From: Chiloscyllium plagiosum
Lineage: Eukaryota
Reading direction: 5' to 3'
NCBI RefSeq assembly: GCF_004010195.1
Contig: NC_057749.1
Span: 9,956,728-10,020,727 of the forward strand
Length of the DNA stretch: 64,000 nucleotides
Shown: positions 1-12,100 of the stretch, piece by piece
How the letters are laid out: each line of letters begins with the position of its first letter
Numbering within the stretch: position 1 is the first letter of the stretch
Translations under genes and position numbers: made by a program
The notes under the pieces: model-generated
What the model saw: only the letters and a program-made list of their open reading frames with translations
Database searches by the model: none
Told to the model about the DNA's origin: nothing

Positions 1-589
1 CCACTTACCCCCACCTCATTGAGGACACAAAAGGGATAGGTAGTAAATGCTGGCTTTGCCAGTAGTGCACACATTCCTGTGATTGAACAAAAAAAAGTAA
101 CTGAGTTGAGTCTTTTTTTAAAAAAAAGAAAGGTTGTAAAATGACAAAGATCAGTAAATTCTGATGGTGCTTACCTCGAATTCCTCTGCCTGATGTTCAA
201 GTAGCAAGAGAGGAATTTCAGACTGATTCATCAGAAACTTGTATTTTATTTTCGAAGAAAGTTACAGGGTACTAAAATGATTGGAAAAACAATGAAATGG
301 GTATTGAAAGAGAGAGGGGTGAAATTGTTAGATTTTTACTTTGGCAAGAATCTTTAGAGTTACAGAACATACAGATTATGTTTAAGGCATAAACCATCCA
401 TGATTGAATTGAATGACAGAACAGGTCTCAGGGACTGCTTAGGCCCCTTCTGCTCCACATTTCTTCCATCCTTTTGCAGAGATAATACTACTTTACAATG
501 AGTTCTATAGCCTTGACCTTCAGAACCCTGTGCTTCAGGTTTAGTACTGAAAGTGCTCAAAAGTAAATAAATATTGTATCTTTTTACAG

Positions 590-626
590 GAATAGAAGAG
601 AAATCAATTCCAAGAAATTTTTCTGA
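590..626 (+). CDS. LMAN1L: Terminal coding exon of an ERGIC-53/LMAN1-family lectin (probably LMAN1L); gene begins upstream of window
   Basis: Acceptor tttttacag|G, then AAT AGA AGA GAA ATC AAT TCC AAG AAA TTT TTC TGA = (R)NRREINSKKFF*. Length, phase and KKFF end match the LMAN1 last exon as recalled (R|SQQEAAAKKFF*). It lies upstream of CPLX3 on the same strand, as in mammalian LMAN1L-CPLX3. Confidence 0.75.
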
Positions 627-684
627 GGGGTTGCACTGGAATCATGAAAATTGTGGGTCGAGATGTTTTTGAAAGGTGTTTATT

Positions 685-1079
685 AATAAATTTCTAAAGT
701 AATTGCGTGCTGTAAGGCTGCCTTATTAGATGGTCTTTACATGACATTCTAAGTCGGGCACATCAAATGGTCAGTAGCTGTGACTACTATCATCATATAT
801 TACTTTCATAGTGAATATTTTTTTAAAAAATAATCTAATTTGAAAGTTGACATTTACATGAAATTACACTGGAACATATTTTCTATTCTAACATAATTCT
901 AATGTAACAATTGTTCAGATTTATACAAAATTTATTCAGTGTTTATATACTAAAACAGTGTTTGTTCAACTGCTCCTTTTTGCATTAACTGAAGTGATGA
1001 TCTCAACAAATGTCCTAATTTATTTCAATCGATTTTTTAAACAAATGGTATGTTGTAACAACTTGTACAATGAAATAAA
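685..1079 (+). other. Candidate polyadenylation signals in the AT-rich LMAN1L 3' UTR
   Basis: AATAAA at 685-690 and 1074-1079, downstream of the stop codon. Confidence 0.45.
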
Positions 1080-1159
1080 TGTCATAAGCAGTCTTTACTT
1101 GGAGTTACTTTTACTTCTATTTGGGATTAAGGGAAAAGATATAAAAGTGACCTAAAGGT

Positions 1160-1568
1160 GTCAGAGGTTGACCTTATCGAAGTTTATAAAATCATAAGAC
1201 CATAAGATATATCATGACGGGCATGGATAGGGTAAATAGACAAGGTCTTTTCCTCAGGTAAGGGGAGCCCAAAACTTGAGGTGAGAGTGGAAAGATAAAA
1301 GGGACTGAAGGGGCAACTATTTTGTATTGAGGATGGTGCGTGTATGGAATGAGCTGGCAGAGGAGGTGGTACAATGACAACGTTTAAAAGGTATCTGGAA
1401 TGGTATATGTATAGGAAGGGTTTAGAGGGATATGGGCCAAGTGCTGGCAAATGGGACTAGATTAGTTTAGTGTTTCCAAGTGCTGGCAAATGGGACTAGA
1501 TTAGTTTAGTGTTTCTGGATGTTTTGGACCAAAGGTCTGTTTCTGTGCTGTACAGCTCTGTGATTATG
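1160..1568 (+). mobile_element. CR1-type LINE 3' fragment with internal 39-bp tandem duplication
   Basis: Decayed RT C-terminal motif region (tggaatgagctg, WNEL); perfect duplication 1437-1475/1476-1514. Confidence 0.8.
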
Positions 1569-1647
1569 AAGGATTTTAAATCCTAAAGCTGACTTACTAA
1601 TGCTTGCTGCTATCTCTGTGAACTAAGTCACTCGGGAACTATTTTTA

Positions 1648-1785
1648 TGACGTCAATACTATCCTGCTCAGCGCTGAAGAGGGTAATTGTTTCCTTTTAA
1701 GAGCCAAGGCCTAAACTGATGACTGGCAAAAGACTGCAAGCATAGAACAAAATCTCCCTAAATATTGCAGTAAATGATGACGTCA
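1648..1785. promoter_or_regulatory. Pair of full palindromic CRE (CREB/ATF) sites
   Basis: TGACGTCA at 1648-1655 and 1778-1785, both in ATGACGTCAA context. Confidence 0.4.
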
Positions 1786-1831
1786 AAGAAACTCAGCCAT
1801 CTTAAAAAGAAGCAAGGTTTCAAAGAAATTC

Positions 1832-2665
1832 AGGGGTCAGTTAAGCTCAATTGGCTGGACAGCTGGTTTGAATTGAATGATTTATTGTCACATATATTTT
1901 GATGGTGGGAAAAACAGTAAAAGCGAAAATCTTTTCCAATGTCGCCATGATCTGGTGCCATTTTGAGTAATTTAAGGAAAAGAAAAAATCGATGTTAAAG
2001 AGAGTCCATCAATTCAGAGCCAGCTCATCACCATCAATGACACCTGTGCTGCCATCCCACCTCCACCACCTCAACACCATCGTTCACACCAGACCCAACC
2101 AACAATTATGTCGCCAATCCTCAGGAGACATCTTTTGCTGCTGGAGCTACGTCACCGACATCATCTCTGCCGATGTAGCAGCCGCCAGCAATGTAGCATT
2201 CTGACACCTGGTCCAATGCTCGGAAAGTAATTAAGGGCCTACTCAAGGTCCGAGCTGGGCCCACTCTCCTCCATGCTGGGCCCACTCGCATCCATGCTGA
2301 GCTTACTTGAGGTCCATTAGGTCTGTTGCTGTTGCCGCCTGAGGTCTAGAGATAAGTAAGGAAAATAAAAAGAGAAAGAAAAACAAAGAGATCCAAAAAG
2401 GAAAAAAGAAACAGTCAGAGCAGACGTGCTCTGTCTCAGGAGCCCTACTGTTCTGCCACCTTGCAAGAAGGTTTATGATATAGAGTGATGCTAACAGTGT
2501 GGGTTCAATTCCCACACTGGCTGAGGTTACCATGAAGGACTGTCCCTCTTGACCTCTCCCCTCTGCCTGAGGCATGGTAACCCTCAGGTTAAACTCAGCA
2601 CCAAATGTGTCTATCTAATGAGAGAGCAGCCATGTGGTCCAGTAGGATTATGGTGACTTTATCTT
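1832..2665 (+). mobile_element. tRNA-derived SINE split by a ~600 bp insertion
   Basis: Head at 1832-1870, continuation at ~2470-2665 (B-box ggttcaattccc; cctcaggttaaac core). Uninterrupted relatives at ~30890-31110 (+) and ~11945-12155 (-). Confidence 0.6.
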
Positions 2666-2814
2666 TAATGACAACATGTTAAGTGAATACAGTGTAAAGT
2701 ATGCATGGAGCAAAGATATGAATGGCAGTTTATCTGGAATTGATTGGGGGAGTTGGTCTTTCAAAAAACTCGCTGTCCTTTTTCAAGTGTTGTTATGTGA
2801 TCTTGAATTTTTAT

Positions 2815-3560
2815 TATTCATTCACTCTCGGGATATGGGTGTTGCTGGCTGGACTAGCATTTATTGCCTATACCTTTGAGAAGATGATGTTGAGCTGCCT
2901 TCTTGAACTTCTGCAGTTCATGTGCTGTAGGTAGACCCACAATTCTGTTCAGGAGGAGGTTCCGTGATAGTGACCCAGCGACACTGAAGGAGTGACAATA
3001 TATTTCCAAGACGGGATGGTGAGTTGGCTCGGAGGAAACTTGAAGGTTGTAGTGTTCCCAAGTACCTGCTGCCCTTGTCCTTCTAGGTAGTAGTGGTCAT
3101 GCGTTCAGCAGGAACTGTCTAAGGATCTTTGAATTTCTGCAGTGCATCTTGTGGATAGCACAAACTAGTGCTAACATGCATTGATGGAGGGAATCAATGC
3201 TTGCGGATGTGATGCCAACCAAGCCGGCTGCTTTGTCCTAGTTGGTGGCACGCTTCCTCGGGGTTTTTGGAGCTGCACTTATCCAGGCAAGTGGGGAAGA
3301 TTCCATCGCATTCCTGACTCAGAGTCATAGAGATGTACAGCACAAACACTTGTATCTTATAGACGGTGGACAGGCTTTTTGGTAACCAGGAGATGAGTTA
3401 CTAGCTGCAAAATTCCTAGCCTCTGTATTTATATGGTTAGTTGTGTTCAGTTTGTGGCCAATACTAATGTTGCCAGTGGGTGTCTCAGAAATACCATTAA
3501 ATGATAATGGGGCAGTAGTTAGATTCTCTCTCGGTGGAGGTGGTCATTGCTTAGCACTTA
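2815..3560 (-). mobile_element. Decayed LINE (CR1/L2 superfamily) 3' fragment
   Basis: Tail similar to the family ending ggcaataaatgctggc...; homologous to 13700-14960 (+) and 46620-47060 (-). Confidence 0.6.
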
Positions 3561-5117
3561 TCCATCAATCTAGAATTAACTAAATAGGTAGTGAAGACCT
3601 TGTTTTAGATTTACAATTGAAAAGTGTCATTCAACAGTGTAGCATTTCCCTAGCATTACCCTTAAATAAAACAATACATCTGGATTCTGTTCTGGTGTTT
3701 TTTCCAATCACAGCTGCCTTTGGTTTGGTTTGATTTATTGCTGTCACATGTACTGAGGTACAGTGAAAAGTGTTCTTTTACACGATTTACAGGCAAAACA
3801 AGTGCATCAGGGTAACAGAGCAGAGTGCAGGATACAGTGGTACAGCTGCCAAGAAGTTGCAGAGAAAGCTTGGAGAGGTCCATTAAAACATTTGATAACA
3901 GCTGGGAAGAAGCTGTTCTTGAAACTGTTCGTATGTGTATTTAAACTTTTATACCTCCTCCCTGACAGAAGAGGGTGGAAGAGAGTATAAACCGGGTGAG
4001 AGGGGTCTTTGTGTTACCAATCAAGCCAAATTGCCGTACAACTGCGAGTCGACAGAGCCACCTGGAAATGCCAACTGTGTTCAAAGAAGAAATAAAATCA
4101 GGAATTGCTGGAAAAACTCAGCAGGTCTGGCAGCATCAGTGGAGTGAAAGCAGAGTTAATGTATCGGATCCAGTGAACCTTCTTAAGAGCTGTATTCTGA
4201 GAAAGGGTCACTGGACCCGAAATGTTAACTCTGCTTTCTCTCCACAGATGCTGTCAAACCTGCTGAATTTCCTGTCAAGATAAGAGTAGTGCTGGAAAAG
4301 CACAGCAGGTCAGGCAGCATCCAAGGAGCGGGAAAATTGACATTTCGGGCAAAAGTCCTTCATCAAGAATGAGGCTGGGAGTCTCGGGGATGGAGAGATA
4401 AATGTGAGGGGGTTGGGGTGGGGGGTGGAAGGTAGCTGAGAGTACAATAGGTGGATGGAGGTGGGAGTAAAGGTGACAAGTCTGAGAGGAGGGTGGAGTG
4501 GATAGGTGGGAAGGAAGACAGACAGGTCAAGAGGGCAGTGCTGAGCTGGAAGGTTGGAACTGGGGTAAGGTGGCGGGAGGGGAAATGAGGAAACTGGTGA
4601 AGTCCATTTTGATGCCATGGGGATGAAGGGTACGACGTCCCACCAGTAACACAAGCCTGACCACCCCGGCCGATCCATTATCTCAGTCTGCTCCTGCCCC
4701 ACCGATCTCATCTCCACCCACCTCTATACTGTCCTATCCCCCCCGGTCCAGGAACTCCCCACATATGTTCAGGACACCACCCACACCCTCCACCTCCTCC
4801 AAGACTTCCGTTTCTCTGATCCCCAACGCATCGTCTTCACCATGAATGTCCAGTCCCTATACCCCTCCATCTACCATGACCAGGGCCTCCCAAGCCCTCC
4901 ATTTCTTCCTCTCCCAACATCCCGACCAGTACCCTTTCACTGACACACTCATTCGTTTGGTTGAACTGGTCCTCACCCTCAACAATTTCTCCTTTGAGTA
5001 GTCCCACTTCCTCCAGATGAAAGAGGTAGCCATGGGCATCCACATGGGCCCCAGCTCTGCTTGCCACTTTGTCAGTTATGTGGAACAGTCCATCTTCTGC
5101 AGTTACACTGGCATCGT

Positions 5118-5340
5118 AGAGTCATAGAGATGTACAGCATGGAAACAGACCCTTCGGTCCAACCCGTTCATGCCGACCAGATATCCCAACCCAATCTAGT
5201 CCCACCTGCCAGCACTCGGCCATATCCCTCCAAACCCTTCCTATTCATATACCTATCCAAATGCCTCTTAAATGTTGCAATTGTACCAGCCTCCACCACA
5301 TCCTCTGGCAGCTCATTCCATACACGTACCACCCTCTGCG
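5118..5340 (-). mobile_element. CR1 3' fragment nested in the Penelope RT
   Basis: TQRVVRVWNELPEDVVEAGTIATFKRHLDRYMNRKGLEGYG plus ctctatgactct tail. Confidence 0.85.
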
Positions 5341-6533
5341 TCAATGACTGCATTGGCGCCGCCTCGTGGGAGCATGAGGCAGTTGAACAGTTCATCAATT
5401 TCACCAATACATTTCACCCTGTCCTTAAATTCACCTGGACCATCTGACACCTTTCTCCCCGTGTCCACCAATGGTGACCGACTCAACACAGACATTTTCT
5501 ACCAACCCACCGACTCCCACCCTATCTCCTGCAAAAATGCTATCCCGTATTCCCAATTCCTCCGCCTCCACTGCATCTGCTCCCAGGAGGACCAGTTCCA
5601 CCACAGAACACACCAGATGGCCTCCTCCTTTAAAGACTGCAATTTCACTTCCCACTTGGTTGAAGATGCCCTCCAATGCACCTCATCCAAGTCCCCCACT
5701 TCCACCCTTGAACCCCACCCCTCTAACCTCAACAAAGACAGAACCCCCGGTCCTCACCTTCCACCTCACTAACCTCTGTATACATCGCATCAGTTACCGA
5801 CATTTCCGCCACCTACAAATGGACCCCACCACTAGGGATATATTTCCCTACCCATCCCTATCCGCTTTCCATAAAGACCATTCCCTCCATGACTACCTGG
5901 TCAGGTCCACGTCCCCTAACAGCCCACCTTCCCCTCCCGGCACCTTCCTCTGCCTCTGCAGGAATTGCAAAACCTGTGCCCACACCTCCTCCCTCACCTC
6001 CATCCAAGGCCCCAAAGGAGCCGTCCACATCCATCAAAGTTACACCTGCACTTCCACACGTCATTTATTGTATCTATCGCTCCTGATGCGGTTTCCTCTC
6101 CACTGGGGAGACTGGACACCTTCTCACAGAGCGCTTTAGAGAACATCTCCAGGACACCAGCACCAATCAACCGCCCCGTGGCCGATCATTTCAACTCCCC
6201 TTCCCACTGCCGAGGACATGCAGATTTTGGGCCTCCTCCATTGCCACTCCTCATCTTCCACCTCGGAACCCTTCAACCCCGTGGCATCAATGTGGACTTC
6301 ACCAGTTTTCTCATTTCCCCTCCTCCCACCTTATCCCAGTTCCAACCTTCCAGCCCAGCACCATCCTCATGACCTGTCCTACTTGTCAACCTTCCTTCCC
6401 ACCTATCTGCTCCACCCTCCTCTCTGACCTATCACCTTTACCCCACCTCCATCCACCTATTGCACCCTTAGCTGCTTTCCCCCCCAGCCCCACCCCCTCC
6501 CATTTATCTCTCTACCCCCGAGGCTCCCAGCCT

Positions 6534-6570
6534 CATTCCTGATGAAGGACATTTGCCCGAAATGTCAATT
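6534..6570 (+). ncRNA. Minimal type I hammerhead ribozyme motif in the Penelope pLTR (degenerate)
   Basis: CTGATGA (6539-6545), A-GGAC attt GCCC, GAAA (6559-6562), T, GTC; inverted copy at ~4337-4370. Confidence 0.55.
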
Positions 6571-7865
6571 TTCCTGCTCCTTGGATGCTGCCTGACCTGC
6601 TCTACTCTTGACTCTAATCTCCAGAATCTGCAGTGCCTACTTTCACCTGCTGAGCTTTCCGTCAATTCCTGACTATGTTTCTGATGTTCACCATCCCCAG
6701 TTCTTTGATTTTTTGTTTTGGATTCAAATAAGGCCTGGTCTTCAAAATGACTTGAACATCCCAGGCTCTGAAATGCGTGAACAGATTCCACCTGCAACTA
6801 TCCATCATCCGACAGGTAAGTAAGTTTCAGAATGTAATGTTGAATCTGTAGAAACCCTGAGTCATAATGCAGTCAGACAAAATCTTCTGCTCCCACACTA
6901 CAATAAGGATGCTGAAACAAAAGTGAATTAAGCGTAAATTGATTAGGATGCTTCCACCTACAGTAACTACACAAAGGAGCATTTGAAAAATTAAAGTCTT
7001 TTTCATTAGACCACAGGATGATACAGGGCGATTTGATATGTGTCTGAAAAGAAAAGGGGAAGACTTGTTTCTGTTGATTGAGCACTGTAGAATGAGGGGA
7101 TGACAGGTTAATTATGAGAAATTCGGGACAATAGCCAGAACCATGTGAATATGTGAAATGTTTCCAATATTGATATTTGAAGTGAAAACCCATGTCAACA
7201 TTTAAGATGGTGATAGGCAGATTTTAATTAGTAACGGGTTGAAGGGTATTGGGGAGCAGGCAGAAAGGTGGAGTTGAGGCCGAGATGAGATCAGCCATGA
7301 TCATATTAAATGATGTAGCGGGCTAGAAGGGCTGAATGGCCTTCTCTACCTCGCCAGTCCCACCCTCCATCTCCCTATTTATCTCTCGTCCCCCTTTCCC
7401 CTCCACATTCCTAATGAAGGACTTAAGCCCGAAACATCGACTCTTTCCTGCTGCTTCCTGACCCGCTCTGCTATTCCAGCACCAGTCTTTTTACCTCTGA
7501 CTACTCCTGTTCTTAGTTCATATATTTTTAAAGGGGGAAAGGGCCGGGGATGGAAAGAACGGGGTCTAAAGTGATCTGGAAATGGGGCAGGTAACCCTAA
7601 CTGTGCTTCCCAAACTACTACTTTTACGATGTAACCCTTTTTTAATGCCAAACTTTGCGGGACCTCAGAGAACAATGAGGGTTGTTGAGTGGGTGGGAGA
7701 TGGAGGAGGGTTTGTGTTGAGTGGAATTGAGGGAAAAGCAGTTTGTACAAAAGCAAACAAGCAACTATTTACAGGTATCTCTTTTTTGGTACAGCAAGCA
7801 GCCCTCAGCGAGCTGGATCTGCCAAATCGAAAAATTGCAAGCATTTTAAAACTACTTCAGCTGTT

Positions 7866-8266
7866 TAGAATCCCTACATTGTGGAAACAGACCTTTCGGC
7901 CCAGCAAAACCACACCAACCCTCCGAAGACTATCCCACCCAAACCCATTCTGCTATTACTGTAGGAGGAAACCCACACAGACACGGGAAGAATGTGCAAA
8001 CTCCAAACACGCAGTCACCCGAGGCCAGAAACGAACCTGGTATGTGTCTAAAAAGAAAAGGAATGGGGGAGGATTGTTTCTGTTGATTGAGCACTGTAGA
8101 ACGAGGGGCTGACAGATAAATTATTAATTGAGAAATTCGGGTCAGTAACCAGAGCAATGTGAATGTGTGAAATATTGCCAATATTGATATTTGAAGTGAA
8201 AACCCATGTCAACATTTAAGGGTCCCTGATGCCGTGAGGCAGCAGTCCTAATCCACCATGCCACCC
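7866..8266 (-). mobile_element. HE1-type V-SINE interrupted by a 180-bp insert
   Basis: SINE body 7866-8040 resumes at 8221 (ggtccctgatgccgtgaggcagcag); the insert 8041-8220 resembles 7037-7206. Confidence 0.7.
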
Positions 8267-8604
8267 CAGTTCTGCCAGTTTGAGCTCCACAGCAACCATC
8301 GCTGTCTTAGAGCTCACAGATCTCATCTCTCAAACCCACATGGGCAATCACATTTTGGCAAGTCTTGCTCAAAGCTAAAGACTACTGCTTGGCTGGAGGA
8401 TAAATAGGAGAATGGATTGTGAGATGAACCACCCATTCTCCTGGTGTATTTGTGCGTGCATTCATTCACACCCAGTTCCTCTCATTTTCCTTGTGTCCAA
8501 TTGTGACCATTGCTGTTTCCCGAAAATGCCACGAAACTCAACAGGAGCACAACACAATCAAATCAATCCCAGGAAGGCTGTTCTGCCACCAGTATTTTCA
8601 AGTC

Positions 8605-9115
8605 AGAGTCATAGAGATGTACAGCATGGAAACAGATCCTTCGGTCCATGCCGACCAGATATCCCAACCCAATCTAGTCCCACTTGCCAGCACCCGGCCC
8701 ATATCCCTCCAAACCCTTCCTATTCATACCCATCCAAATGCCTTTTAAATGTTGCAATTGTACCAGTCTCCACCACTTTCTCTGGCAGCTCATTCCATGC
8801 ACATACCACCCTCTGCGTGAAAAAGTTGGTCTCTCTCTCACCCTAAACCCATGCCCTCTAGCTCTGGACTGTCCCATCCCGGGGAAAAGGCTTTGTCTAT
8901 TTATCCTATCCATGCCCCTCATGATTTTGTAAACCTCTACAAGGTCATCTCTCAGCCTCCGATGCTCCAGGAAAAACAGCCCCAGCCTGTTCAGCCTCTC
9001 CCTGTAGCTCAAACCCTCCAACCCTGGCAACATCCTTATAAATCTGTTCTGAACCCGTGCAAGTTTCGCAACATCTTTCTGATAGGAAGGAGACCAGAAT
9101 TACACGCAATATTTC
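8605..9115 (-). mobile_element. CR1 LINE 3' fragment
   Basis: ORF 8674-9033 MLPGLEGLSYRERLNRLGLFFLEHRRLRDDLVEVYKIMRG; ctctatgactct tail. Confidence 0.9.
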
Positions 9116-12100
9116 TGAAATGCCCTGAAGATGTGTGCTGCCTGATTTCAGATTTTCCCATATGTTAGTTGGAAAGGAGATACTGAGGTTTTATTACAAC
9201 GGTCTGCAGTGTGGGATTCCAGACCTCACTTGGTTTGGGTCAGATGGGGTTTGGTGAGTGTTCCAGCAGTTTGATCAGGACATCCATGGACAAGTCACTG
9301 AGTCATCAACTGCTTTCTTTGGGCTTGCCTCCAGTCAATGGCTGCTTTGGACCAAGATCTAGGCTGAACTCTTGGAATGAAATCGAAAAATCAGGGCATC
9401 CTGCTTTAGCTCTACATATGGTGCAAAGCTGACTTTTTTTTTAAAATGTGGACACTGAGTCTGTTCTGAAAGATGACCAAGACTACAAAATTCTTAAGGG
9501 GATGACGCGATGAATGTTTCCATAATGTAATTCCAGAACAAAGGGGAATTAACTCAGTGTATGGGGCAGGCCATTTTCGATTGTGATTGGGAGGAATTCC
9601 TTAATTCAGAAGGTGGTGAATCTTTGGAGCTCTCTACCCTGGATGAAGTTCAGCCGTTGAGCATGTTCAAGACAGAAGTTGATAAATTCCTGGATGCTAC
9701 TAATGGAATAAAGAGAAATAGCATTGTGGAGGTGACTAGTCATGACCCTGAGTGATGGGCATGCTCAACAAACTGAATAGCCCACTCTTGTTCCTGTTTT
9801 GAGTGTTGGAAAGTTGAAATCTTTTTAGAATTGCACCATTATATGAAATTATATGTGATTTAAAAAAACTATAGTGTTTCCACAAATAGGTGGGGTTTCA
9901 GTTTGAGTTTTGCAAGTATATGTGCTTTTGAATTTAGATTTGTTTAATTATATTTTTAAAATAAAAATCAAAATAGTAAGATGACTCATGCTTTGTGACC
10001 TACTAAAGAATTTTATGAATGTGTATGGACATGTGTATGAATAGACTAATGGCAGGTATAGAGTTACACCCTAAATAAACTTCTGCCTTTGCAAATAATT
10101 TTAACTCAAGGATAGAATTATAGTCTGACAAATTGCTACCCTTCATCTTCAATTATATAAAGGATTTGTAATCCTAGGCTAACATATGAATATTAAAGCC
10201 TAGTGCACTCTTAAAACCCCACTGCCCAGATGGAGAATTTGTATTATGACAGGAACCACCTTGGCTGTTTTCCAATCTATGTTTTGTCCTGTAAACAAAC
10301 ATTAAGAACTACCTGGGAACACAGTGTAATGCAGTTCTGCAACACGTACCCTTGCATATGTAGACATAACTGAAAAAGATTTAGCAACTATTTTTTTCTC
10401 TTTATTCTAGTGGGCATAAGCCCAGCATTGTTGTCCATCCCGAGTTGAACTGAGTGACCTGCAAAGCTATTTCAGAGAACACTTAAAAGTCAACATGTTG
10501 CAGTGGGTCTGAAGTCACCTTATAGATCAGACTAGGTAGGGAAGGCGGATTTCCTTCCTCACAGGATGTTAGTGGGCAAATTGGATCTTTACAACAATGG
10601 TTACATGACCACTGTCAGACCAGCTTTTATTGAATTCACATTTCACCATCTGCTACAGTTAGATTTGAATCCAGGCTTCTGAACATTAGTCTGGGCTCCG
10701 AATTATTTACCTGCTCATTCATTCATTCTATAATTCACACATTATAGAATGATCGTCTGTGACTATAATTATGATCTTGAATATAATTATATTTACTTTT
10801 GCTTTATACAGTTCATCTGTCAACATGTTAAGTTTCAGACAGAATACAGATTAATCCATTCAGAAAAAAATGTGGATTATTATTCAGTTGTTCAAAGTCC
10901 CCCAGCATCTTGTGATAAATGTCTTCTCTTTATGTGCATGTAACATTTTTCATCTTGTGTTGTAACTTGAATGTGCGTTTAGTACTAAGAATAGAGAATC
11001 TAGTGACACTGATGGTGTCATCCAGTGATTGGAGGATGGAGCAGAAGTTTCAACAGGAATGAGAAACATTTTATCATCAAACAACAAAGCAAACAGGGTC
11101 TGTTCAAAAAGTCGCTGAGTTCCAGCAGCAGAGAGCAACTTTTCATCAAAATAAGGAATGTTTGAATGGAAGTTAGTTACATTTCATAAGCTGGTCATTT
11201 CTTTGGAAAAATGCAGTAAACAACAGTATATTAAAATACTGTATACATGTTGATTAAGATTTTGTGATTGATTGTGGTAGTGAAGGTAAATTCACTTATT
11301 GTTATAAAAACAAAAAGAAGTGGAGAAACTCAGTAGATCTGGCAGCACCTGTGGAGAGAGAAAGAGTTATCTAGGGACACTTCTTCGGCAGAACAGGAAA
11401 ACTTTGGGAGAAGACTCACATTGGGCTCAAGATGTTAACTCCATTTCTCCGTCACAGGTGCTGCTGGATATGCTGATTTTTTTCCAGCAATTTCTGGCAT
11501 CTGCAGTATTTTGCTTTTGATCACATACTGTTATTCTGGAGTCAATTGACCAGTCAGAGGTCTGTACACTTGCAGTTGAATATGGAAGTGCACCAATTGC
11601 TATCTGAGTTACTTTGCTGTAAGCTTTGTAACACTGATGTATCATCAGTAAACTCAGCATTGAAATCTATGTAACCATGTGAAGTTGCTGAATTGATCCA
11701 TTATTTATCCACTGAGCAAATAATTAGGAATCCCATAGTCAAGTGTAAAAACATATTTTAATGGCATCATGTTGCAATTGATTTTACACAACCTGTCTGG
11801 CTCTGAATATTTAATTTTACAATCATGTAATTGTTTTCCTTCAGTGCAAGTGTTTGAGATTTTAAAAAAATAAAATGTTTTTAACCTTTTTTTTGTTTAT
11901 CTCTTATCTCTCTCAATTCCATCCATTATTTGCAACCTTTAAAGGCAAATGCCGTCATCCTACAGGACTATAGGGCTGCCCTTTCATTAGACAGAGATGA
12001 CTGACGATGGTTTAACCTGAGGGTCCCCATGCCCCGGAAGAGAGAAACGTCCTTTATGATAACCTCAGCTGGTTTGGGGAATTGAACCCATGCTGTTGGC

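Larger units (their letters stand above)
4279..6644 (+). mobile_element. Decayed Penelope-like retroelement (RT + GIY-YIG remnants) with inverted pseudo-LTRs
   Basis: Frameshifted RT motifs (PGRSIIS, YVQDTT, LTLNNFSF, VAMG..MGPS, NDCIG, IPYSQFLRL) and a GIY-YIG-like VIYCI. 4279-~4620 is an inverted copy of ~6290-6610. Flanking 21-nt imperfect direct repeats at 4258-4278 and 6645-6665. Confidence 0.8.

Noticed and set aside
1437..1514. Perfect 39-bp tandem duplication
   Set aside because: Ordinary slippage or assembly duplication inside a CR1 tail; no functional implication
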